DNA of 64,000 nucleotides from Paraspadella gotoi (lineage: Eukaryota; Animalia; Chaetognatha): NCBI GenBank assembly GCA_051294375.1, contig CM119263.1:24429177-24493176 (forward strand), in the 5' to 3' direction. Below are positions 18,000-34,849 of the stretch, one piece after another. A program made the position numbers and the translations under genes. Below the pieces are notes generated by a model. That model saw only the letters and a list, made by a program, of their open reading frames with translations. It did not search any database and was not told the DNA's origin. Position 1 is the first letter of the stretch; each line of letters starts with the position of its first letter.

Positions 18000-20900
18000 T
18001 CACTCCGCCTTCTCTACTCTCTCCGTCTTTCGCAGCTCGGCGCAAACGACCGCGTGGCCCGCCTTCCAGTTGGCGCGTTGGCAGTCGGCAGAGCAGTACC
18101 ACGCCCTCTTGCAACGCGAGCAGAAGGGGAATTTCTTGCCCTCGGGGGCGGCCTTGCGGCAGTGGAGACACTCGTGCTCGCCGTCACCCTCAAACGAGCA
18201 GAGCGGGCATTTGCACTCGAAGGAGTAAGAGTGGAGCAACTGCGCCTGGCGATCGACGCGCGGTTGGCGAGGATCGATGTAAGAGATGAAACATTGCTCG
18301 TCCTTTTGAATCGGGCGGACGCTGTAGACGTGGACGCCGGGAAGACGGCGAATGAAGTCGCTCTTTACCTCGCAGTTGTGGAGGCAGCTGTGGTTAAGAC
18401 AGGCGTGGAGAGGGAAGAGACCACCGAACATCGGTCGTCGAGGTTCTTCCTGTCAATGGGAAGGGAAGTTGAGTGGGAAAGAGAGAAGTGGTCGTCATTG
18501 AGATGAAATATAACAAAAAAAAATTTTGCAATCGGCAATTTCGAAGAGCTCTCGGGTCGTGAAAAAAAAAAACCGGTAGTCATCTCATGTTCAACAAAGG
18601 AAAGAAAAGGAACCTCTTAAAACCTTAAGCCCCTTGAAAGATAAGTCAAAACATTCTACCACCGTTTTAATATTTGTCTATAAATTGTCTACAACGTAAA
18701 AATTTGTATTAGGAGAAGAAAACGTCTGAGCGTTGGAGGATTGAAAAAAAGATGGCAAAGCGGGAGAACAGCGTAGCAAAGCGATTTCCCAGCAGAGGCG
18801 CTCCGCCACAGTCGCACTGCACAGTGCACAGAAGCAAAACGTTTTCACCAAGCGCGGAATTCAACGAAAATTCTCCCTCGTACATTATTTATGATTCCGC
18901 CCCGCCGGAAAAGGAAGACCGGAAAGCTTGGGAAGCGGAAAAGCCGGAAAGCAGGAAAAATCGGAAAGGCGGACGGGCGGAATGTCGTAAAACGTATGAT
19001 GAATTCCCAGGAAAAAAACAAAAGGAATTAAGAGATAAAAAGCGGAACCGACTGGAGTCGGAGGAGCGGGAGATTTTGAATGACATCAGCGATGGAAAGA
19101 AGAAGACTCGAAACGATGATAAAAAAAAAGATTGAAAAGAGAGGGAGGAATAAAGAACTGGAATGGAAGAAGAAACGGGCTGTCATTCCGGAGAAGATTT
19201 TCTCGTGAATGGTGGAAAAAATATGAGGGGAATGTGAAAATGACAGATTTGATTCAAGGGCCGATGGGAATGGAGAGAAGAAAGTGGGATCGGGTAATGG
19301 GTAAGTTGGTTGTGAGAGGAAAGGAGTAAAGAAGGAGAGAAAGGAGAAAAAGGGAAAGAAAACTCGAAATAAAATAATCAAGATTCCTACTTGAAGATAG
19401 TCTTTGATTTCGTCGAGAACGCCTTCATAGGGAAACTCTTCGGCCAGGGTGTCGACGAAGATCTGATAGTTGGTCTTCGGAGGTCCGTAGAACTGCGCGT
19501 TATTGGCGAGTTGATAGTGGCGACCGTCGTACTCTCGTGCGTCGATGTCGTAGGGAACAGGGAGATTTTCGTTTCTGAAAAGCGACGGCAGAAAGCGATT
19601 AGAATGGCTGGATTTGGCCAACAAAAGGGCAAAGTCGTTTTCTTTCATTTTAAAAAGATTCTTATTTCTTAAGATGCTCGGATATTTAATCGTATCAGAT
19701 TATGATATAGATGCATATCAACATATTGTGACGAATCCTAAATTCGCCTCCCGTATAGCTTGGTGAAACTCAGCTCGTCCCATTGGCTAAGGACAGCTAG
19801 GTACTCGTTCACCAACCGTGAGTTCCGTCTTCAATCCCCTCACGGTCACGCTGGTTAAAAGTGTGATGGTGTCGGCGTAAACACGCCAGTGACATGGGGT
19901 GGTCACTGCAGGTCCAAAGCCCTAAGCGCCAGTTATCGGGAGATGCCACAGACCCCGGGCATCACACATGTCTCCCCGTTTCCATAATATACATTATACA
20001 ATTGAATAAATATTATGTTCAATATATGTCCTTTTAAAACCCGAAGGTTACCTGAAGATAACCTTGAGATCGTCGAAGCAGGGTTTGACAGCTGGCGTTT
20101 GACTGTAGCCTTCCTTTCCGAAACCTATGAATCGGCGAAAAGGGTCTCGGGCTTTCTCCCAGTGAACCTCCGTCGCTTCTTCCGTTCCCTCCTCTTTCCA
20201 CAGTTTATCCACCTGAAAGAGGCAAAATACTGAGTTTTTTTAAACTTCGGGAGAGCCAGAGCAATTTTAGAGTGTATAGAGAGACGGTTAGAAAAGTCAC
20301 ATGAGTCTTTCCATGAAATTGAAACATTCTTTGAAATATTATACCACTTCATTGATTGGGAAGCCAGCTACTCTTGGAGTGAATAAACGAGACCGTGAGA
20401 GAGTCTTGATTGAAAGCTTAGTTATTATGTTATGTTATGTTAAGTTATTATCTTGTAAGAGTGATGGAGGTCATAAACCACCAAAGCCTGTCCAAAGTCA
20501 GGGGCAAGATAGCTTATTCATTAAATGAATGGACAATTTCATGACTATCCGAGTCGTGTCGTTAAATGGCATGGCGCGACGGGGAATAGAAACAATAAAC
20601 CTTGACGGGAGGTGCAGATGGGATTGATTTAATCCGTCCGGCAAATGACATCCGGGGATGAATTATCGTTGTCAAGGAAAATATGCTTCGTCGCGAAAGA
20701 AAAAAAATTTAAAATAAAAACCCACCACTTTCCCATGCCATTGCCCATGCCATTGCTTGTAAGGTGGAAATTTAAATAAAACAATTAGCTACTTAATAAA
20801 GATATGAAATAAAAATTGTTTGAAAAGTTTTTAGTGATTCCGAATTTTAGAAACACTCACTTTCGCAACGATTTTGGCCCATAGTTTGGCCAGCAGCAGA

Positions 20901-23198
20901 TAGGACGGGATCGGTTTCGCGTTCCACCTTGAATAAGCTTCTTCGTCCTCCTTGGAACGGGCCAAGTATTCTTGCTTGTCTTCCAGGAATCGCCGATGTA
21001 GGCGTCCAGCGTCCGGATTAACGACCTGGCAGAGCACCTTGTGATAATCCTCCCAGGCGGCCAGGCGACACTGCTCGGAGCAGTAGCATTCGTGACCGCA
21101 TCGATCGCATAGCTCCTGCGCCTCGTTGGGCCAGTATTGCGTTACGATATCTTTGAGGTTTTCTGGATTTCGATTAGATAATTGAAAAGAAGCAAAATAT
21201 CACTTCGCTTCAGTTTTATGACATAGTCCCCTAATTTGATCCGTCTACGTTTAAATTTTGTACCTGGCATTTCTTTCCACTTTTCTTTAAAAACGTTCTC
21301 CGGCATGGAGGCGTCCATGCCGCAGTTGTAACACGCATAACACTCGATGGAAGTTTCTATCGTTTGAATATGAATTGCAGCGAAGTCTCTCAGAACCACC
21401 TTTTTTTTAATTAAAGAGAGAGAGTGATTATAAATTATTAAAATCGAATTAATGCGGGGAAGGACGAAAACGGAATGGGAAGCAGTCGGTTTGGCATCAT
21501 TGGAAAACAAGTAAATATAAAATTTTGCAAAGCCAATGGCTACGAAGCTTACCGTTTATAAAAAAAAAAACTGTTAAAAAAAATACGGGCCGGAGCGACA
21601 GAAGTGCCGAGGCACTAACCTCTCCTTCGGGGATGTAATCTCTGGCGTAAATCCCGCGAATCATTTCCGTTGTAAATCTTACTTCAACCTAGAAAATCGA
21701 AGAAAAAAAACCAAAGTTTTTTTTTTCATAGTTCCAACTGGTTGCTGATGGAAGGAAATATATTATATTTAGCCTTATCTAATTTCGTGAGAACCCAATT
21801 TTGGATAAGAATAGCTGGAAAATCCAATATATACGCAAAAATGACAAAAATAAAATAACGGAAATATTAATAATAAGGATGATGACAATTAGGATCCTTG
21901 TATTTTGATGCTGTTGTCTTGTAAGTGTGATGGAGGCCTTAAACCACCATAGCCTGTGCAGTGTGCTAAGTCAGGGGCAAGATAGCTTATTTATTGAATG
22001 AATGAATAATTTTATATTTGTTGTACCAATTTCATTTATTAAATTGGTACAATTAAAAATTTCCCACGCATTAAAAAATTAAGCTATCTTGCCCCAAGAT
22101 TTGAACATGGTTTCTAATATGAAGAGAATTGATTTATCGCATCCGTTTTGATCCCTAGCCCAAAAAACCTGCAAATTGGTGCTCAACGGGTCGTAGTGTC
22201 TCTTTGTCCTCGTTTGCTGAAACAACAGTAGCGTTTCTTCATCATCTTCCTCCGCAGCTTTCGTCGCCGTCCGGAGCCAATGTTCGGCGGCAACGTAAAA
22301 ACCCAAAGAGGCCAATATTTTTCCTATTATCAAAAAGCCAGGGTCTGAGTATTATCCAACGCTAGCAGGTGTCATGGTTTCATCAGGTAAAACGCGATCA
22401 GTGAAAGGATTCGAGGCACACCACACTTTTTCCTCCATCGCATCAAATAACCCAACTAGTATAACAACAACAACCCTTTTATTCTTTTCTTTTTGAATTA
22501 TGGGACCTAAACTTTCAAATCGCCAAACATGAACATATATCATAAATATTAAATAATTTGGATTAAGTAAGAAGTACAGATGACGTTCAATTCGTCAAAG
22601 CGACCAGTCAAATTTCCCCCGTGCGTTCCTACCTCCTAATTTTAACACTTCTGGAGTTCTCAGGCCCCTTTCGATGTTTGACAAAAAACGATACGCCTCT
22701 TTCAATTTTCCCAAATCGTACAGAACGGAGGCGTACTTGAACCAGTACTCGACTGTTTTTCTGTCCATTTGAATGGCCTTTAAATACCATTGGGATGCTT
22801 TGGTGATGTTGCCTAGGAAAGAAAATATGACGCGTTTTTCCTCTTAGAATATTTTTGTTTGGCACTGGGCCACGAAATGAGCTTCCACCTTGTTGAATGT
22901 ACGAATCTCCCTTTTTGGCAATTTTTACTGCTTCTTGCGGATCGTTGAGTTTATCCGAGAGACACGGTTTTGACGTGAAGCCAATTTCGTCGAGACGGCG
23001 AGATTCGCTGGACCGAGAGAAAGCCGAAGTAGTTGATCAAGTAGGGTGATATTTATGACCATGAGATTTAAATTGAAAAACGTAAGATATGACGTTTTAT
23101 TACCTCAAAAATAATTCTTTGTCACCGAAGTAAGGATTTTGGGGACACATACGAAGCGTTTCAAGTGCCGACGGGGGATTAAACGGATCGCCCATCAT
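18000..23198 (-). CDS. TPR + split SET/MYND + post-SET + second MYND protein (SMYD family lysine methyltransferase, SMYD5-like core)
   Basis: 10 exons: 23198-23104, 23007-22889, 22812-22633, 22323-22169, 21688-21620, 21399-21264, 21162-20861, 20212-20052, 19574-19391, 18449-18000; all GT-AG and in phase. Motifs: TPR-like (KASQWYLKAIQMD..YWFKYASVLYDLG), SET-N RGIYARDYIPEGE, MYND CYNC...CDRC..YCSEQC..AW..YHKVLC, LNHSC, ISYID, post-SET FECKCPLC, C-terminal MYND CLHC..CSRC..YCSADCQ..W..H..C. Confidence 0.92.
19727..19966 (+). mobile_element. Short GC-rich interspersed element (tRNA-derived SINE-like; alternatively solo LTR) in SMYD intron
   Basis: Degenerate B-box gttccgtcttcaatccc followed by a core that aligns to 13355-13450. 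Also bounded by TGTGA...TCACA with catat/catgt flanks. Confidence 0.55.
20448..20531. repeat. Short dispersed repeat family, copy 1 (probable retroposon end)
   Basis: tcttgtaagagtgatggagg..aaaccaccaaagcctgtccaaagtcaggggcaagatagcttatt; also at 21914-22007 and inverted at 41836-41892. Flanked by (ttatg)n and gaat simple repeats. Confidence 0.8.
21914..22097. repeat. Short dispersed repeat family, copy 2, with inverted end fragment and internal palindrome
   Basis: Matches 20448-20531. ggggcaagatagctta recurs inverted at ~22080-22096 around the palindrome ttgtaccaattt..aaattggtacaa (22021-22052). Confidence 0.75.
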
Positions 23199-24236
23199 TA
23201 ATATTACCTTTAAAAACTTTCTCGCTAGCTTTGCGAAATATCTATGATATCCAGACACCGGTGAGCTTAAACGCATCATGAATCTTCAGCAGCATCCTTC
23301 GTCGATCGAGCGTTGTTATGGTTACGGCAATACTTTAGAAACTCAAAATCAAATTTCTCTTTCCCGGATTATTAGCTCGAGATCATTATGTATTCGTGTA
23401 ATGCAATAAAAGACTAACTGACCTACAATTTGAATAACTTACGCCAAAACAATTTGTTAGAAGAACGATTGTGCGCGATTTATTTATTATAGCATTCATG
23501 CATAAATTCAGCAGTGGCATTACTAGATTCTCTAGTTCAATAATTCCTTTATCCTCTAATCATTAATTCTTGTGGCTCATCAAGCAAAATTGTAAAGAGC
23601 CATTAACAAAGCATTAAATTTCAAGCAACAAGTAGCTAGAAACTAGCAATTTCCACCCAGTTCGCTAAGAACCATAGTTTGAAAAAAAGTAGCAATCAAT
23701 CATACCAGCAGTAATACTGCCAGTATGACCAAATCAGATTATCTACCAATTTTCAAATTATGTCACGTTTATGAATGAACTCTGGGCGATAACAAACAAA
23801 TTCATTTAACAACAGTAACAATTCAATAAACTGGTAATGGCAACGCATTTGAGGGATGCTCCAAGGATGACAAAATCATAGTTTTAACTAAGTCTATATG
23901 TAATTTGTAGGGATCAACACTCAAATTAAGCCTTGTTATGAGATCCGAATTTTAATTTTTTTCACAAGCGTTTTGTCAATAAAAAGGGTTAACAAACTTA
24001 ACTGTAAATATTTTAGAATTTCTTCAAAAATCCGAAATTTCCGATTTAAACATTTTCGCTGAAAATATTCTCGTAGTGAGAGTATAGAAACGTCCGATCA
24101 GAGGTTTAGCCAACGAATGAGCCACAAGTTAATCCATATTTTGAAAAGACTATTCAAAGATACTTCATGGTAAGCAGAAATACTTTAAATATATTTGCTA
24201 GAAATATACTTGCTAAGAAAAAAAAAAACGGGTGAT

Positions 24237-25919
24237 TTAAGCGAGACGTTTTTCGTCCTTTTCGTCATTGTTGGACTTCGAGTCGTTTTCTTCAGGGTTG
24301 AGAGGAAGCGTTGCACAGAAAGGGATTTCCATATCATTCTCTGGTGCAACTCGATTGGGGACGACTTCTTCGGTGTATACGCTCGCAACCACTTGGGCGA
24401 TTTCAGGCCAAGACACATTCTTGCAGTCATCTAGACAAGCGAAAAATCCGAAGGGACAAAGTTCATCAGAAATCAGAAAAATAAACACCGATAAGTAAAC
24501 AAAAATCACCTGGTGCGTACGCATAGAACGTGTTCTTCGCCATTGTATATAAACGCCCGTTTTGTCTTATGGTTTCTGGAATATAGTTGGACAGATCAGG
24601 AGAAATAGGAATCGTCAAAAATTCGGAGTTGCTCCGGATAGGTTGTTCTTCAGTAGATTCTTCAACTTGCTGTTCGCTGGAAATAAAATCATAAAATTTA
24701 TAGCAATATACGCAGCCAACAAACCCGACGGGCGAAGATTTCAATTTCCCGCTTGTATTTCATTTTCCGCTAGACCTCTCCTTTTTAAAATTTCATAGCT
24801 CGGCTTACCATTTTTTTTCCACAGTACATGCCACAATAAAGAATATAAACAATCCTGTTTCCTGATTCAACCTGTTCCTGTAACATAGTAAGTTACATAC
24901 CAATCTTCGGGTTGGTTTTCCGATGTTGAAGCCACAGCAATAACATCCGAGTTAGACTCTTGCGACAAAGGGAGATGAAACAATAGTAAGCGTTTCTTTT
25001 TAAGTGTTGTAAAAAGCTTGAGGTATGATCGTTGAACAGGTTTATGGTGGCTTAATAAAACGTCGGCTTCTTCAACAGGGAACCATTTCCGTCTCCTTCC
25101 TGTAATGATAATACGTTGGTGAAAAATATAAGATTATTCTATTTGAAAAGCTAAAACAAAATCTTAAGATTTTAATACGACGTTTAAGTGTGAAGGCATT
25201 CCTGAAGATTAATCCGTTCTTGAAGTCTATGGGAAAAGGAAGAGCAAGGTTTTTTTATAATAAATTAACGGAAAAACACTAACTTCGTTTTTCATCCTTT
25301 CTCTTCATTTTCCCATAGGCCTTTAGAAGGTATTAAATTTAAAATCCAGGATCGCCAAAGGGAGTTGTCAAATATACTAATACCGTTGCTATTTTATTTG
25401 AGAAAATGTTAATTCTATGCTTAAAAATATCTTAAAATATCTCGTACCAAGCATTCGAGATTCTTCCCAATCCTCTGCGAGTTCTTCAACAATCAATTCA
25501 AACACTGCGGTTCTATGTTTTCGCTCGTTATTCTGAATAGACAAAGAATAATTCATGAACCCGTCACAAGATCAATGAATCTGAGAATTAATTACCTGAA
25601 AAACGCCAAGAAATCTTATGATCTGGCCTTTTACTCCCGCTTCTTCCCAAACTTCTCGCGTTGCAGCGACTCCAGGATCCTCCATGGGCTCGATGCCTCC
25701 ACCGGGAATGACCCAGTGATTCGTAAATCGTGAACTTGAGATCAGAAGTATCTGAAAGTGAAAGAAAACATTTTTAATATTTACAAGCTCTTATTTTCAA
25801 GGAGTCAATATCTCGGTTACCTCTTCTTCCGTCCTGTCTTTAAAACATATACAAGCGGCCCTTTGCCGAAATCCATCCCCATCGTAAGTGCGAGCTTGGC
25901 CAATTTTTTCCTTCACCAT
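24237..25919 (-). CDS. NUDT3: Diphosphoinositol polyphosphate phosphohydrolase (DIPP, Nudix family) with extended C-terminus, ~299 aa
   Basis: Exons 25919-25821, 25751-25596, 25532-25448, 25099-24901, 24676-24510, 24430-24237. Motifs RTYDGDGFRQRAACIC, WVIPGGGIEPMED..AATREVWEEAGV (Nudix box), KHRT, WEESRMLGRRRKWF and HKPVQ match the NUDT3/4/10/11 (Aps) family. The last two exons are less certain than the Nudix core. Confidence 0.9.
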
Positions 25920-26691
25920 CTTAGTCCATGTTGTGACTTTTATCGAGGATAAAGAACTGAGAAATAAAAAAGTGCAAGAAAACGCATTGGAGAAATATTA
26001 CCGAGCGACGCAGATCATCCCAGCCACCGAGAAACAAACTATGATTTCGAAATTGTTAAAATCCAGAAATGATTTCGAGCGAAGCCAAATGTTGCCCGCT
26101 TACCTAATTAATCGAGAGGGAATTTCTTTTTTCCCTCTTGGGTGCGGATCGGCAGAAACCCTTCAATCCGCGACCATCTCCACTCTTTGACGACGTTGGT
26201 CCGAGAAAGCAATCAAATTTCCCGAGAGGCACTTTTAAATCACGTTAATTTTGTTTTCGCCACAAACCGCATATTTTCAGTCGGATCGAGCTTCGAATCT
26301 TCGATGGGCCCGAGCCATTTCACTCTCGCTTGCAGTCGCACTCGCTCTCTCTCCCACTCTCGCTCTCAATCGCGCTTGAGAATCAAAAAGCCGAAGAAAA
26401 ATATTTCGAATATCTCTCTCTCTCTCTCTCTCTTGAGTTGATTTTCTACCAATGGCCCGCTTTCGGTCGGCGCCTAATGACCTTCGGGCGGACACTGACC
26501 CCTTGGAAGGGCTGGCGACGCCTGACGTCGGGCGCGAGCGGGACGGATCCTCGGGAAGGGCTAGACTGCATGGCGGATCATCGACGTAATATGGCCGATA
26601 TGGGAAGGCATTGGAGTCCAAAGGTTTCGACAAGGTCGATATCGTCCGAAGGAAAAAGAAGGATAAAAATAAACTCTCCCACACATACGGG

Positions 26692-26730
<39 letters not shown>

Positions 26731-27431
26731 AAGAGAGAGACGTTGTTTACACCGAGTTGGTCTCTTCCCCTCGTGTTTTCCCGTTCCTCTTCGTTCCTCG
26801 TCGTGCCTGGCCGTGCCCGATCTGCTCCATCGGGGCCGTGCCTCGCCTCAGTCTCGCCTCCGCTTCGCTACTCTTCTCCAATGGCCATTCCGCTCCTCTC
26901 GCTCCCCTCGGCCAGCTGAGTCACGCTCCTCTTCGCCACGTCGCTACCCCTGCCGATGCTGAGAGAAACATCCTGGTTCCTGGAGGCAGAATCCAGATTA
27001 AAATAGAAAAACCTGTTGTCCTTCGTTCCTTCTTTTTATCGTTCGTCCGTTCGTCCATTTGTTTGTTCGTTCATTCGTTCGTCTCCCTGATTGTTCTCCT
27101 GCTGATTAAATCACTTATTTCTTCGTGAATAAAGGTTCGAATGACTCAATTTAATCTCGATGAGCTGGCAACGGTTGATCTGGGGATGGGCCGCCTATGT
27201 TTCTTCATGATCTTTTCTGAGGGAGTAAATTATTTCGTAAAGGAAATATTATACGTTCATGTGGGTGCCGAATAAATTAAAATTCCCAACTTTACTTTGT
27301 TTGATAAATCATTAATTTTTATCAATAATCGTTTATATAAGTTGCTGAAAGACTCATGTACTATACGTTGAACCGGACGGACAGTCATTCCAGAAAGTTG
27401 GAAAATTGTTTCAATAATTAAACCACTAAAG

Positions 27432-32016
<4,585 letters not shown>

Positions 32017-32340
32017 AATGTAACGTTTATGTTCATGTCGATGGTGAGTGTTTTTCCGCTTTACTACTACTAAAGTGCTATAACTACATAACTACATACC
32101 TAATAGCAATCGCCTTTTAGAACAATGCCTCGATCAACCATCTTGGCTCAATGAGCCTTTTCATGAGCTCATTAATATAAACCAAAACTGCAAATTTGCA
32201 TCTCAACTTAGATAATATTAGAACAACATATTATGCGTATTTGCTTGCTAATTGTGTGGTATGCTTCTCATCGCTTTAAGAGGGAACGTTATGGACGTAG
32301 GTATTTGAAGTGGAATGGGGAATGGGAATACTAACATATA

Positions 32341-33058
32341 CAGAAGGCTTCATATTATAAAATGTGGTACCCCTTTTTTGTGACCAGAATCTGTTCCCAC
32401 CAAACTACCCGATCAAATTTAATGAAATTTTACATTTAGAGTGCTAATGACTATATAAATGGAACTATCAAGTCTAATTTTGATATTCAACCCCTGACCA
32501 GAGATACGGGGCCCTGGGGGTGGACCCCTGGGGGGGCAAAAAATGCTAAATTTTTTTTTTCATTTTTTAAGTAGCATCAGGTGCATTGACGTTTTAAACA
32601 TAAGAAAAAAACATTTTAGAACTAAAATTGATAAATTTGCAATAATTAAGCATGGTTGAAGAAGCATGGTTCATCGTTTTACTTCCAATTTTTCCAAATT
32701 ATTCCAAATCTGACTTTAACTGCTGATGTTCATGAAGCTAAAAATTAAAGTAAATGAATATTTTTGAGGTAATAAATACGTTTTTGTAGAAGAATAAACG
32801 TCTGTGCAACTGTTCAAAACAAAAATAATAAAAAAAATTGAAACAAATTTTGACCATTTTTTGTCCCCATGGGTGACCCCCCGGGGGGCCCATATCTCGG
32901 CTCAGTGGTCAAATATTGAAATTCGCCTCGATAGTTTTATTAGTATTCACATAGGGATCGTTCATTCCAAATTTCAATAAATTTGGTCCAGTAGTTTTCT
33001 CGGAACGAGTTCTGATCACAAAAAAGGGGTACCACATTTTATAATATGAAGCCTTCTG
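32341..33058. mobile_element. Non-autonomous DNA transposon (Tc1/mariner-type MITE), 718 bp
   Basis: Perfect terminal inverted repeat CAGAAGGCTTCATATTATAAAATGTGGTACCCCTTTTTTGTGA, extending imperfectly for ~200 bp. TA on both flanks (32339-40, 33059-60). No ORF. Confidence 0.9.
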
Positions 33059-34491
33059 TAGTTGATTAAATACGAATTTTTTAACTATCTATTGGTGTTA
33101 AACCATTTTAGAAATATGTAGTAATTTTTTTAATTATATGCAGTCCATAAGTCAACTGCAATACCATCCTTATAGAAACATTTGACTGAGAACTATACCA
33201 TCCATTATGCCCTCTATACAGGCAAAATATCGATTGGCTGATCACTGACAGGCATTAATAATTATATAGAAGTTATAGTAATATTATTTGAATAAAATAC
33301 TGCTGTTGCTTTCGATGATAAGTATGAAGGTGCAAAAGCTTCCCATAATATTGTCACCGCAGTCAAGAGCAGTTAGAAAGCCATAAAAAGTCATTTAATG
33401 ATTTTTACATAATTTTTATTTCATTGTGTATTTTTTGTGAATCATATTTTTAATATATCTTAAGTCCACATTATAAAATGTACATTTCTTCTTGTTAAAG
33501 ATCATGTTTTTATTTTTACACAATGTGTTTAAACGTGTTTACCCAAGTTTGAAGGGAGAAAAATTGTTGCGCTATCACCTTTGCTAAAATGTTTCATCCT
33601 TGATAGCCCTCTCAAATCTATAGAAAACTTTAAAAAATAGCCATAGTATCTCAGATCGATGAATTATATTTCTACTGTGATCTTACTTATACTGTAAACA
33701 GTGGGTTTTCTTGTAAAAAGAACGATTTTGAACATAGATATTTGTGTCTCAACATTAATTATCAGATCAATGTAACTATTCGTTCATTTGATAACTTGGG
33801 CAAATATCACTCTTAATGGAATACCTTCTATGTTTCTTTTGTTGCTTTGTAATATCTTTTCTCTTAAATGTTCCTTAATTCTCGTTATGTATTCGGTAGG
33901 TTCACCGAATTTTTGTTTGTGATATTGTAAATATAAAATTTACGCTGAGGTACTATTTCAAACGGTAGTGAACTTTCGTTTCAGATTAGCATTCGTTTTT
34001 TCTTCTAGTCTCGATTTAAAATTCATGAGAAAATATGTTAGCATTAATATTATAAATATATTGGGGTTGAAAGGCTGTTTTCAACTGTGATTATTGCACG
34101 TATTTCTAGTCTTAATAAAATGCCTTTTTTTACTGAGAATCATGTCTAAAGATCAAATTAATGATTAATGTTTAATCTTTGAATAATCTTTATCACCCCA
34201 ACTGTTTCTCAAATGTTAGCATTTTCCGATGTTCCGAAACTTTTAAAATCTTTATACGGTTCATTTATTAAAGTTTATGTATATAATCAGTTTATTTCTT
34301 TCCTGTTTGAGTGAGTGATACTGCTAGATATTAAAACCGGTTGAATTTAATTACGAATTGAAGCTAGGCCAAGGATAAAATTTCAAAGGGTATACCAATC
34401 CTCGCATCAGCTGTCGGGCGAGCCTCCGCACATACCGCACGAATCCCGAATTTTGCTGTGCACGAATCTAACCCAAGCTTCGATGCAAAAC

Positions 34492-34502
34492 AACCAATCA
34501 GC
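34492..34502 (+). promoter_or_regulatory. CCAAT box upstream of the PY-motif gene
   Basis: aaccaatcagc matches the extended NF-Y consensus, in a GC-richer patch ~350 bp before the ATG at 34850. Confidence 0.4.
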
Positions 34503-34849
34503 GACTTGTAACGAACGGAACAGCGTTGAAATTTATATTACAATTGTTATTCTTTGAAGTGTATTCTGTAAACATTACCCCTAGATAATGAACGCTCTTT
34601 GGCTCACTCAAATTGCTAACGATGGACACTGGCCTCTACACGATTGCGGGTGCGGGATCTGCCGTATCGCGATTAAAAAAATAGAAAAAATTGGGATGTA
34701 GAACAAAGAATCAAAATATTTGTACGCATTTTCTAATATTTTCATCACTAAAATGGAATTAATTTCGTCAGTAGCCTTTGCTAATCTCACCGTTCCCGTT
34801 CCATATTCTGCCTCGAACCAAACTGCTTACAATACTACATTCTCTCAAA

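Noticed and set aside
19740-19800. gcctcccgt...ggctaagg resembling HDV-like ribozyme L3 and J4/2
   Set aside because: Could not build the P1/P3 pairings of the nested double pseudoknot.
33780-33930. - strand peptide GEPTEYITRIKEHLR reminiscent of Penelope GIY-YIG
   Set aside because: Only a few residues match; no GIY/YIG motifs or RT nearby.
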